NCBI GenBank assembly: GCA_037447605.1
Contig: CM074812.1
Coordinates: 2,418,001 to 2,482,000, forward strand
Source: Zygnema circumcarinatum SAG 698-1b
Lineage: Eukaryota; Plantae; Zygnematophyceae
DNA length: 64,000 nt
Direction: 5' to 3'
The notes beneath the pieces were generated by a model that made no database searches, was not told the DNA's origin, and was given only the letters and a program-made list of their open reading frames with translations. The position numbers were made by a program, and so were the translations under genes. Within the stretch, counting starts at the first letter, position 1. Each line of letters starts with the position of its first letter. Shown here piece after piece: positions 48,390 through 61,000 of this stretch.

Positions 48390-49795
48390 TCCTTGAGTCA
48401 TTGCAATCTTTCGATGAGCGTTTGTTTTCTGTATGTCATCGCCTTTTGGGTCCTGGTATTTTCGATCGACCGGAGGGTCCGCTTGCACGTACGCAAGCCT
48501 CGCTCCCTATTTCGGCGGGCGGTTTAGGACTCATCCAGACAATTCGTGTGGCGCCTTCTGCGTTTTTGGGTAGTTGGGCTCGCTGTTCTATTTTGCCTTC
48601 GCTTTATCGCATGTGGGATCGCTCTCGCTGTTGCTTCCGGGCCTGTTGTCGCCATGTTGATGATGGTGATCTCCACAAAGCTGTACTTCGCGCGGACGCC
48701 TATGGTTTCGCTTCCCTCGCCAGTGCTCAGGCTCAGGCGCCCTCGCCAGCCGGGCCGGCTGCCGAAGCCCTGCTCCACGCCGCCCACCACTTTGACCGGA
48801 TGGAGGTTGTTGCCGCCGAAGTTCTACCCTTATCATGCTCTTCCTTCGATGTTGCGCCGCGTTCGGCTTCGCTTTTGCAGCGGTCCCGGGTCGGGGCTTG
48901 CTGGTCGTTACCCCATATTTTCCACCCTTCGCTTCAATCTTCGTGCCGCTTCTCACCAGCTGACTGCCTCGGCTCCCCAACCGCCATTGCAGGGTTCCTC
49001 CTCGCTGTGTTTGGTGGTGGATTCGATTGATGCGCATGCCTATCTTATCATGTGCACACGGGCCAACCCATTTTGCTCATAATGTCATACGCGACGCGAT
49101 TACCGCGCGGCCGCTGTTTAACTACCTTATATGACGGAGCCACCCGTCCCTCCCCACGACCGACTATTCGGCGAAATGGAGTTCGCCCGGATTTGGCTCT
49201 TATGGATGGTGCCCGGGCGATTTTGGGGATATTGCGCTGGCCGCATCCAACCTGTCATGACATTTATTGTCACGCAAAGACATCATGAAGGCGTACTGCC
49301 GCTGATGCGCCCTCGGCAGTGAGCTGCCGCATATGCTCACCGGATGCGTACCGACGAGTTTGTTCCTATGGCTATTGAGATTTTTGTCGCCGACACCTGC
49401 TTCCGATATTGGCCTTCCGCCAAAGGCGCCTGCACGCTTCTTTTCTCGAGACGACGGCCCCTCGGCCCTCCTCCGCGATCTTCGCTACCTTTATCGACAA
49501 CGATTTCCGTCGCCCCTTCTCGCTGTTCTCGCTTCTACGCTTACTTCGGCGCTACCGCAAATAAGCCAGCGACCGCTATTAGCGATCTCCGCCCTCCTCG
49601 CGACGTGCGTCTCAATATCGGTGACCTCAAGCCGCTTCTGTGGTCGCCGCTTGTTGTGCCTAGGCGTAGTTTTCCGCTCCTAGCTTCGTTTTATTGTGTT
49701 TCGGTCCTTTGTGACCAGTCCTTCGTGGTTCCACATTTTGCCTTTATCCATGTAAATTTGATGGCCTCGCCATCGCGAGTTCAATGAAAGTTTGC
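48390..49795 (+). mobile_element. Decayed, 5'-truncated non-LTR retrotransposon with a restriction-like endonuclease (CRE/R2-type)
   Basis: Broken frames encode QASLPISAGGLGL...APSAFLGSWA (post-RT region), a Cys/His remnant, GVRPDL (REL PD motif) and EFVPMAIEIF. The 3' UTR ends in AATGAAAGTTTGC. Multiple frameshifts and stops. Confidence 0.7.
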
Positions 49796-50844
49796 ATTGG
49801 ATTCCAACAGTCACCAATCATTGGATACTTTGATTGCCAATCGTTGGATTCAACGGTTAGAACAGGGGTGTCCCGTCATTTTCCTTTTTTTCAAAAGGAT
49901 ATACCCAGCTTCAAAAAATATCCTTGTCCCTGCCCGTTCTGCCCATCCTCCAAAATAAAGTTTCTGACGAAAACATTTCCCAAAAGTTCATAGAAGCGAA
50001 AGAAAAAAAAAAAAAAAAAAAAAAAGATAGGAGAAATTTTCCCATTTTGCTCACAGCCGCCACCCGTACGACCTTATTAATGTTCGTACGAAATATGTAC
50101 GGATTCCGTTATATCACTTTCCTCGCTGCTTCCTTCATTCTGGACTTCCCCAAATTGCGCCACGTGGCGTTACTATTTTGTCTTTACTGTCGTTCTGTCC
50201 AACGTAGGACTTCCCCTTGTCCCATCATTCCGTACCCACATGGTACGGAAAGACTGTACGAAACGAGCTAAAACGACAAAAAAATAATTTATCGTTTTGT
50301 GAAGTCCGTACCAGAAACGATACCATTTCTTTAGAAAGCGCACTTTGTCGTTTTTGACATTGGTATCAAACCGTACAGAGTTTGACACAAGTGCCAAAAT
50401 GTTTGTACAATGACAGTACGAATAAGCACCAAGGTGTACAAACAAGGTACGACCGAAACCGACCGGCGGCTTTCGAACAGAAAATTTGACGGTCATTGCC
50501 GGCCGGCCAGCCTGGCCATAGAGCTGGCAGACGGCCAGGCTGGACGGCCGTCAGTACGGACGTGGACTTGGACCGGCCGATCGGTCGGGCCGCGGTCGAC
50601 GGTTCGGTCCGTCGAGGGAAGGCGAAAGGACCCGTACAGACAATGTCGGTGGCTTTGGAGCGCCAGTCGCAGTTGCAGGGAACGGCGAACGGGACAGAAA
50701 CAGGACTGTGAATTGAACTGTGGAGAATAACGAGAAGGTATAACGGAGGGTTGTAAGAAATACGGTATTACGGATTTGTCATTCCGAACTTCCGATAGTA
50801 CAGAAATATCCAATGGGATGGTGAAGAGATGGGATGGTAACAGA

Positions 50845-51170
50845 GAATGTCCTACGTGGCGCGTCGTCATTGGACGTCAAACACATCACTACTTCATCAT
50901 TACTTCTTCACATTCTAATAAAGTCACATAGTTGACAATTTTGGGCCTTACGAAAGAAGACATTAACCAATGAAGATGTGACACGTGTACAGAATGTTTT
51001 ACGTGGCGTGTCTTCATTGGATGCCAGTCTTCTTCACCTTCTAATAAAGTCGTGTGGCTGGCAACTTTGGGCCTTCTCCAACATCGCGAACACCAAAGTA
51101 GGGATCCAACCAATGGCTATCAGCAACGTGCACTGAATGTCCTACTTGGCGTGTCGCCATTGGATGATGT
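50845..51170. repeat. ~145-bp degenerate tandem repeat (three starts) upstream of SEC
   Basis: gaatgt(cc/tt)tac(g/t)tggcg(c/t)gtc..cattgga recurs at 50845, 50992 and 51135. Confidence 0.65.
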
Positions 51171-51529
51171 TCGACTTCCGAGCAGCCCGCCTTTGTACGT
51201 GTACTTAAAATAAACTAAAAAATCTTCCAGCCCCGTAAGGAAAAAGACAATTTTACGACCGTTCGATGTACTACGCGCACGCCCCAAACCGTATCACAAT
51301 CGTCCGTTGCGAGGAAAAAAGGGCAGAGAAAAAGTGGCAAAAAAAAGTCTATGAAGATTTTCAGTTCAGTACAGTACTGTACATTCGAGGGCTGTCCGTA
51401 CGGTACGTAATTGTACGAACTGCAGTACGGTACCATTTCTTACCGCTGCCCGGAAAAGCAGAAGACTTTCGGAGGCCGAAAACTGAGCGCAGCAGAGTTT
51501 GGCAGGGGTTCAGTATTTGGGGTTGCAGA

Positions 51530-51995
51530 TTCTAGGGTTTAAGATCTAGGGTTCAAGGATCAAGGGTGTGGAATGTAGGATTAAGGAGATGGAGTTCAAG
51601 ACATAGGGTTGAATGTTTAGGATTTAAGATTCGGGGTTTAAGAGTTAGGGTTCAAGATCCAGGGTTAAATGTTTAGGATTTACGATTTGGGGCTTAAGAT
51701 TTAGGGTTCAAGGATTTAGGGTCTAAGATTTAGGGTGCAAGGATTCAGGATGTAGGATTTAGGGTTCAAGGATGTGGTTCAGAGTTCAGGATTTTTTAAC
51801 TCTCAGAGCTTAGTTTCTGGCTTTTGCGATTGCAAAATGTTTAGGGTTCAGTGTTTACTGGGATTTGCTGGCTCAAGTTTTATGGATCTGAACGTGTAAG
51901 GACGGGGCCTGGCTGGGGGACTGTCAGGGATTAGGGTTTAGGGTTGGGCGGTAGTAGGCTTAAGGAGTAGGTTGTAGGGTTTAGGGTTCAGGGTT
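51530..51995 (+). repeat. Degenerate telomere array just upstream of the SEC start codon (probable 5' UTR intron)
   Basis: tttagggttcaagga-type units. Confidence 0.75.
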
Positions 51996-52029
51996 TCGGT
52001 CTGCTCTCTCTCTCTCTCTCTCCCTCGCC

Positions 52030-55000
52030 ATGCTGTCCTTCCACGGCGTGGCCATGGAGCCGCAGCCGCAGCTGCTTTCTCCTGGGGAGGAACACGTGGC
52101 ACCTCTAGGAAGTGCACACGTCGCACATCTAGGAAGTGGACACGTGGCACTTCTAGGAAGTGGACATGTGGCAACTCAAACAGGACACGTGTCAGCTGTC
52201 GGAGGAGGATACGCAGCACCTCTAGGAGGAGGACACGTGGCAGTTGTAGGAGGAGGACACGTGGCAACTCAAGTGGGAGCATACGTGGCAGCTGTTGGAG
52301 GAGGACACGTGGCGACTCAAACAGGACACGTGTCAGCTGTCGGAGGAGGAGAAGCACATATAGCTGCTGTAGGAGGATACCTGTCCGCGGCGGGACACGT
52401 GGCGTCAGCTGGAGGAGCACACGTGGCAGCAGCAGCACCACCAGGAGTAGTAGACCTGGCAACAGGCCACGTGGCGCCAGCTGGAGAGGTCCTATACGTG
52501 CCAGTGGGAGCACACGTGGCAGCAACAGCAACAGCAGGAGTAGGAGGACAAACAGGAGGAGGACACGTGGCACCTCTTCGCTCCTTCCTGGCGGCGCCAT
52601 GGCGGGAGGGAGACGCGGCTCCTGCGCAGAGCAGGGAGGCGGCGGCTGCAGGTCAGGCAGAGCTAGCGGATTTTAGGGTTTCTTAGTCTAGTTTTTCTTA
52701 CTTTTTTTTTGACACAGGGAGGGAGGTAGGGAGAGGGAGAGGGAGAGGACGAGGGAGAGGGAGAGGGAGAGGGGGGGGGAGAGGGAGGGGAGGGGAGGGG
52801 AGGAGGGGGGAAAGGGGGGAGGGAGGAGGGAGGGGGNNNNNNNNNNAAAAAGGAGAGGGAGAGAGAGAGACAGGAGGGAAGAGGGGAGGGGGGAGGGGGG
52901 AGGGAGGGAGGGAGGGAGGGGAGGGAAGGGAGGGAGGGAGGGGAAGGGGAGAGAGGGGAGGGAGAGTTAGAGGGACAGGAGGGGAGAGGGAGAGGGAGAT
53001 GGAGAGGAGGGGGATGGGAGGGGTTGAGGGAGGGAGGGAGGGAGGGAGGGAAATGCGATGTTTCTTTTTCAGAGATCCTGTTACATCCCAATATCCGTTG
53101 TAATATATCGTGAGCTCATTTATCAACTTATCACATTATTTTGGTGCCAGGTGGCGACGCGCTATTGGTGAAGGCGTTTGAGGAGTACCGATTCGGAAAC
53201 TATGACGCGGCGCAGCTCCATTGCCAGCTCATCCTTGAGAAGTATCCGTTCCAAACGGACGCGCTCATTCTTCTTGGAGCCTTGCACCATCAGGTGAGAG
53301 GGTTTTGGGTCTTAGGGTTGTTAGGGTTTTAGATTCTTAGCGTTTTTAGGTATTTAGGGTTGATAGAGTTTTAGGGTCCTTTAAGGTTTTAAGGCTTTCA
53401 GCGTTTTAGTGTTCGGGGTCTTAGAATTCGTAGGATTTAGGGTTTAGAGTATGTAGGGTTAAAGATAAATATGGACCACACACAAATTTATATATATTTT
53501 TTTTTGGGTGATTTTTTCTTGGTTAAAAAAAAAGATGCGGAGATTCGATTTATGCATATCGAAGAACATTGAAGCTCTTCGAATAAATCCGTTTTTGGCG
53601 GAGTGCTACTGCAACGTTGGAAGCGCCCTAAGGGTAAGTTCAGTTTTTCACAAAAAACTAAAACTAAAAAAATAAAAGTAGGAAAAATTAGTTTTCGGAG
53701 GTTTCAGAGGACTTGGAGGCTTCGGTTTTTGGGTTTGATTTCGGGTTTTCAATGTCTGCTTTTTTGGGTTTGGTTATTTTAGGATTTTGAGTGTAAGAAT
53801 TCATAGGGTTCAGGGTTCTGTAACTTTCTGGGTTTTAGGGCTTTGGGATTTAACAATCTCTGATTTGTGGGTTTCCGATTTTTTGCTTGGTTGGATCCCT
53901 TTTGGTTCAAGTTAAAAAAAATAATAATTCTTAATACTGTTTTTCCTTTTTCCTTTATTTTGTATGGCAGGAGAAGGGCGACTTTGACTTAGCAGTTCAA
54001 TATTATGCCATGGCTGTAGTGGTAAGTCATACACCCTTTATCCCCGTAATGTCCTCATCTCTCCATCTCTCCATCCCTTCCCCCCTCCCTTCCCTCCCTA
54101 CGTCCGCCCCTCCGCCCCTCTCTCTACCCCCTTCCTCCCTCTCTCTCCTCCGCTCGAACCCTCTGCTCCTCAAGTCAGAACTCCCCTCCCCCTCCACTTC
54201 TTTCCCCTTCCTCCCGATCTCTTTCTCCCTCCCTCCCTTCCTCCCTCCCTCCCTCCCTCNNNNNNNNNNCTCCCTCCTTCCTCCTCCGTCCCCAGGTCCG
54301 CCCCTCTCTGTGCGACGCGTGGGTGAACCTCTCGAGCGTGTTCCTCCTCCGCGGGATGTGGCCGTGGGCCCGCGAATGCTGCCTCCGCGCACTCACCCTC
54401 GACCCCTCCCTCGTTAGAACAACAACAACCCTCTCAAAAACCCTAACAACCCTAAAACCCTGACAACCCTAAAACCCTAACAACCCTAGAACCCTAACAA
54501 CCCTAACAACCCATAAACCCTGACAACCCTAACAATCCTAACAACCCTAAAACGCTAACAACCCTAACAACCCGTAAACCCTCACAATCCTTACAACCCT
54601 AAAACCCTAACAATCCTTACAACCCTAAAACCCTAACAACCCTAACAACCCTAACAACCCTTAAAAAGAGCCTAAAATCCTGTCCAATCCTAACTCCTTG
54701 AAGAGCCAAAGACCTGTAAAAAGCCCTTAAGGCCTTCCAAGACGAACCCTAGAATCCTGAATTTCCATAAGATTCACTCTGAAGGGAAATTCTCTGACTT
54801 TGGAAAAGAGAACTGAGAATCTTGCAGACCCTAATTTTGAAGATTAGCCAATTAGGCGAATCTGGAAACCGGAAACTTAGTTTGTGATTTTGTGAGGTTT
54901 GAGTTTGTTGAGCGGAGAAAATCCGCAGCGCTCCAAAAATCATGCGGCGGAAATTCTTTATGAAGCCGTAAAATCGGGTGCGCAAAAATAATATTTGCAA

Positions 55001-58000
55001 GTGAAAGATTTGCCTCGCTGGCACATGCCATGTCAGCGAGTCTGAATGACAGGCAGACATCAACCATGTTGAGAGAGAGAGAGTAGGAGAGTTCGAGGGA
55101 GAGGAGAGGGAGAAAGGAAGGCGGAGAAGGAGAGGGGTAGAGAGCGGAAGAGTGAGTTGGGGACGATGTGGAGGGAGATGGAGAGAGGGAGGGGAAAGGG
55201 AGTGGGAGGTGTAGATGGGGAGATTGAGGGGGAGAGGTGGAGGGAGGGAGAGAAGGCGGGAAGGAGGATGGGAAGGGGAGGGGGTGGCGAGAGAGGGAGG
55301 GGGAGAGGGAGACCGAGGAGAGAGAGGAAGAGGTGGGAGGCCTTTGATTTAGGAAGGGGTGTGAGGAGGGAGGGAGAGGGAGGGATGTGAAAAGAGGGAT
55401 GGCGAGAGGGAGGGATAAGACAGGTAGGGAGTGGGGAGAGGCAAAGAACGAGCAGGGGGGAAAGGTTACTGAACACGTATATCAAGAATAACATTTTTAC
55501 TTTTAAATTTTTCTTGAAAATTGTTACGTATTTGTTAATTTATGTAATGCAATTTAATTATTTAATGCATATTCACATTTTTGCAGGTGGCTGCTCATAC
55601 CAATTTAGGAAATGTGATGAAGGCTCAGGGCTTCATTCAGCAGGTAGGCTCATTCTTTCAGGTTCTCTCTCCCTCTCCTCCCCGCCCCTCGCTCTCTTAA
55701 TGTCCTCCCCTCTCTACTTCCTTCCCCCAGCCTTCCTCTCCCTCCCTCCTCCTTGAAGGAATATTGCCCTGTTGCTGAGGATTGTCCTCACTCTCCCTCC
55801 CTCTCTCCCTCCTCTTTCCCCCTTCTGTCACCCTTTCCCACTCCCTTACCCCCTCGCTCTTCCCTTGTCTCTGCCTCCCTTCCTCTCCCTCCTCTCTCCC
55901 TCCCCCTTCCCCCTTCTGTCTCCCTTTCCCTCTCCCTCACCCCCTCGCTCTTCCCTTACCTCTCCCTCCCTTTCTCTCCCTCCTCTCCCCCTCCTCTCTC
56001 CCTCCTCTCTCCCTCCTCTCTCCCTCCCCCTTCCCCCTTCTGTCTCCCTTTCCCCCTCCCTCACCCCCTCGCTCTTCCCTGTCTCTCCCTCCCTTACTCT
56101 CCCTCCTCTCTCTCTCCTCTTTCCCTCCTCTCTCCCTCCTCTCTCCCTCCTCTCTCCCTCCTCTCTCCCTCCTCTTTCCCTTCTCTTTCCCTCCTCTTTC
56201 CCTCCTCTCTCCCTCCTCTCTCCCTCCTCTCTCCCTCCCCCCCCCAGGCGTACCACTGCTTCTCGGAGGCCCTTCGGTGCAGTCCCTCCTTCCCTCCCGC
56301 GTGGGCGAATTTGGGCACTCTCTTCATGGAGGGAGGGGACTTCTCCAAAGCGGCGGCCTGCTACCAGGTGAGGGAGAGGGAGGGAGAAGGAAGAGGGGAG
56401 GAAAGGGGAGAGGGAGAGGAGGAAAGGAAGAGGAAGGAGAGGAGAGAGGAGAGGGAGAGGGAGGGAGGAGGGAGAGGGAGAGAGGAGAGGGAGAGGAGAG
56501 GGAGAGGGAGAGGGAGAGAAGGGAGAGGGGAGAGGGAAGGAGGGAGGAGGGAGGGAGAGGGAGGGAGGGAGGAGGGAGAGGGAGAGGGAGGAGGGAGGGA
56601 GAGGGAGGAGAGGGAGAGGGAGAGGGAGGGAGAAAGGGAGAGGGAGAGAGGGGAGGATTAGAGGGAGTGGAAGAGGAAGAGGAAGAGGGAGAGGGAGAGG
56701 GAGAGGGAGAGGGAGAGGGAGAGAGTGTGGGAGTGGGAGAGGGAGTGATTGCGAGTGGGGGAGAGAGAGGGGGTGAGTGAGGGATAGGCTTCCTTACGGT
56801 GGGAGAGGTAGAGGAAAATATCGGAAAGTATTATATAGTATTCAAAAATATGTTGGATAAAAGATCCTCAAAGATTATGAAGGAGGAATGCTGGATTTTT
56901 GTCAATTTCTTCTCAGTTTTTTTGTGTACGAATGTATTGTTTATTTTCGTGAATGGTTTTTCTTGTGCAGGAGGTTATTCGCCTTAACCCTTCAAAGGCA
57001 GACGCATATTTGAACCATGGAAATGCGTTGAAGGTGAAGAATATTATATATTATTATTATTATTATTATATATTACCTTCATGCTGAGAATTTCTGAATC
57101 CATTCTCTCCCTCCCACGCCCTCCTACTCCCTCCCTTTCCCCAATTCTCTTCCCTAAATTCTGCTCTCCTTCCCCCTCCCACCCTCAACCCCACTTTCGC
57201 ACCTATTAGGGGGAGTCAGACATTGAACATGGCAAAATCAAAATTAGTACGCCTGTCGGGCAAATTAAGCACTGGTGAGGTACGCATTTCGGTACGGCTG
57301 GGTTTGGCAGAGCCGCGGATCCCGACTCGGAATTCGTACACGAAACTTTGACTTTTCGTATACTGAATTCGGAAATTTAGTACGGCCATGGTCAATGTCT
57401 GACCCCCCCTAATACTCAGGCCATGAAAAAAGCAAGCGTAGTTAATTTGCTTTTTCTTATTGACGAAATTGATAAGACTTCCCAGGATTTGGTTTTCTCG
57501 CGATAAAGCAAATATTTATGTACTACTTTTTTGTATTTCTGTATTTTCTTGCGCTAAGACTTCGACTTCCCGAGCTTCATAATTTTGGGTTAAAAAAGGA
57601 GCCAATTTGGCTCCTTTTTGAAGTATAAAAAAAAGGTATAATCAGACTCATTATTCGCAAGACCTAGTTTTTTTAATTGACTTGCTTACTTTTTTGCTAG
57701 TTTACTAAGTCGTTTAAGAGCACTCTCTTTCCCTCCCTTCCTCCCTTCCTTCCCCCCCCTCTCTCTCCCTCCATCTGTCCCTCCCTCCAAAAATGTATTC
57801 TGATTGATTTTGTTTGATTTGTAATTTGATTTTATTTTCTAAATGTTTTGTTTTTTTGGGTGTGTAAATGGGTCCCTTTCTCTATTTTTTGTGGAATGAA
57901 CTGTACNNNNNNNNNNNNNNNNNNNNNNNNNNNNNNNNNNNNNNNNNNNNNNNNNNNNNNNNNNNNNNNNNNNNNNNNNNNNNNNNNNNNNNNNNNNNNN

Positions 58001-61000
58001 NNNNNNGTTCAGTTACGTATTGCTAAAGAAGGCAGGCGGTAGAATTGAGAGAGAGAGGTCTGTGTGTGTGAGAAGAGAGAAGAATTGCAGCGGTTGGCTT
58101 GTTGGAGGGGTTCAAGCGGTGGAGGTGGACCTGCAGGGCAATGCGCTGAAGGACAGAGGCTTCACTATGGAGGCGCTGCTCTGCTACCAGGTAGAGGGGG
58201 AGGGAGGGAGAGGGAGGGAGAGGGAGAGGGAGAGGGGGAGGAGGCGGGGAGGGAGGAGGGAGAGGGGGGAAAGGGGAGGGAGGGAGGGAGGGAGGGAGAG
58301 CAGGGAGGGAGGGAGAGGGAGGGAGAGGGGGAGAGGTGGAGGGGAAGGGGAGAAGGGGAGGGACAGGGGGAGGGAGGGAGGGAGGGAGAGGGAGAGGGAG
58401 AGGAAGAGGGAGAGGGAGAGGGGGGTAGGGGAGGGAGAGGGAGGAGAGGAGAGGGAGAGGGAGGGGGAGGGAAGGAGAGGAGTGGGGTGAGGGAGGGGGA
58501 GAGTGAAGGGGTCTGGAGAAGTGGAGAAGTAGGCTTGCGAGAGCGGGAGGGAGAGGGAGATGGAGGGGAAGAGGTAGGCCTGCATGAGATGGCGAGGGAG
58601 AGGAAGAGGTACGGAAGGGGACAGCTAATCGGAGAGAAAACAATGAAGGGCGAATGTAGAGCAGAGAGGTGAGGGAGGGAAGAGGGGAAATACAAACGTG
58701 AGCGAACAAGATACAGAAGGTTGACAGACATAGATAGTGATACCGAGAGAGAGAGGGGGAGAGAGTGTGAGAGTGTGAGAGAGAGGGGTGGGGAGAGAGA
58801 GAGTGTGAGGGGGAGAGAGAGTGAGAGAGAGAGGGGGAGCGAGAGTGAGAGAGAGAGAGTGTGAGGGGGAGAGAGTGAGAAAGAGAGAGAGAGAGGTCTG
58901 ACTCGCATTCCCGAGTGTTGGCCCCCCAGAAATGCCTTAGTCTCGAGCCCTCCCACCCTCAGGCCCTCACCAACGTCGGCAATTTGTACTTGGAAGCTTC
59001 CATGCTCCGCGAGGCCGCTACATGTTACCTCGCCGCCGTTTCCGTTACGACGGGGCTCGCCGCTCCGTACGAAAACTTGGCGTCAATTTACAAACAACAG
59101 GTGCTCCATGTGTTAGGGTTTGGGGTTAGGGTTTGGGGTTTAAGGGTTAGGATTTGGGGTTTAAGGGTTAGGGTTTGGGGTTTAAGGGTTAGGGTTTGGG
59201 GTTTAAGGGTTAGGGTTTGGGGTTTAAGGGTTAGGGTTTGGGGTTTAGAGGTTAGGGTTTGGGGTTTAGAGGTTAGGGTTTGGGGTCAGGGTTTGTGGTT
59301 AAGGGGTTGGGTTAGGGGTTTAGGGGTTAGAGGTTGGGGTTAGGGGTTGGAGTTAGGGTTTGGGGTTAGGGGTTTAGGGGTTATAGGGTCTAAGGGTAAG
59401 GTGTAGCCTTTGGGGGTTAGGGTGAAAGGTTTAGAAAACCCTCAAATCCTTAAACCCCAAAAAACGTTTCAAAACCTTTTAAACCCTTGTTTCTCCCTAC
59501 TCCCCAAACCCCTAACACCCCAAAACCCCCTAAAAACTAGGATTTTCGCCCCAAACTTGGACCCCCCAAACCCCTTAAAAACTGGGTTTCTTCCCTTGAA
59601 CTTGGCCCCCCTCCCCTCCCCNNNNNNNNNNCCCTCCCCTCCCCTCCCCTCCCCCAGGGCCAGCTCCTGGACGCCGTCGGATGCTACAGCGCGATCATCA
59701 CGCGGGTCGATCCGACGGCTGCGGATGCGTTTCTGAATCGCGGGAACGCGTACAAGGAGATGGGGCGCGTGAGCGAAGCTATTTTGGACTATGCGGAGGC
59801 CGCCAGGCTGGCGCCCGCCATGGCGGAGGCGCACTCCAATCTCGGGTCCGCGTACAAAGACAGGTCAAATCCTAGTGGTTTTCTAAACCCTAAAACCCTA
59901 AACCCTGAAACCCTCGTGGTTTTCTAACCCCTAAAACCCTAATTGTTTTTTTACCCCCTAAACACTAAACCCTGCAACCCTAATTTTTTAACTGAAAAAT
60001 CCTAAAAACCCTGATTTTTTGAACCCCTAAAACCCTAAACCCTGAAACCCGTTTGCAGTGGCCAATCGGAGGCGGCGCTCGTGTGCTACAAGAAGGCCCT
60101 CTCTTTGCGGAGCAACTTCCCGGAAGCTTCCTGCCTCCTCCTCCACACTCAGCAGACTGTCTGCGAGTGGGAGAATCGAGACGCGAACTTTGCGGAATTG
60201 GCCAAAATCATTCAGCGCCAACTGAAGGTATTTTTAAAGACTTAAAACCCTAAACCTTTAACCCTGAACCCTAAACCTTAAACCTTAAACCTTAAACCCT
60301 AAACCCTAAACCCTAAACCCTACACTCTACACCCTACACCCTACACCCTACACCCTCAACCCTCAACCCTCAACCCTCAACCTTAAACCTTCAACCCTAA
60401 ACCGTGAACCTTAAACCTTAAACACCAAACTTTAAACCCTACACCCTGAATCCTAAACCTGAACCATAAACCAGAGCACTATGCATGTGTATGCATCACA
60501 ATTGCACGCTTGTGTATATGCCCGTATGCATGTACACACATGTCCGTACATATCCGTACATGTGACGTATGCCTGCAGGAATGCATGCTAGTGCACTCAC
60601 GTAAGCCCGTGTGCATTTCCATGTACGTCGGTACGCATGCATGCATGCATGCATGCATGTATGTTTGCATGTACATTTGTATGTATACGTCTATGTATGT
60701 ACGTATGTGTGCATACACATATGCATGTATGCTTGCATGCATGTACTACGTTTTTTCTTAGGATTTTCAGAAAGTTCTTTGTTCCTTAGGGATAGCCGCA
60801 AGTAGCTAGCATGTCCACCTACTAGTTTGCACCAAAAGAATATGTATGTATGCATGTATGCATGTATGCATGTACATTTGTATGTGTATGTCTATGTATG
60901 CACGTATGTGTGCATGCAAATATGCATGTATGCATGACATGCATGTGGGATTGAGTCGCTCTAACGGAGGAGCGTGGTTCCATGCGCGGCCGTACAGTCG

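Noticed and set aside
51938-52600. Leu-rich minus-strand ORF resembling a leucine-rich repeat
   Set aside because: It is the antisense of the SEC first-exon repeat; the plus frame has the start codon and an in-phase donor.
59105-60470. Telomere repeats as a chromosome end or scaffold join
   Set aside because: They lie between in-frame, collinear SEC exons, so they are intronic.
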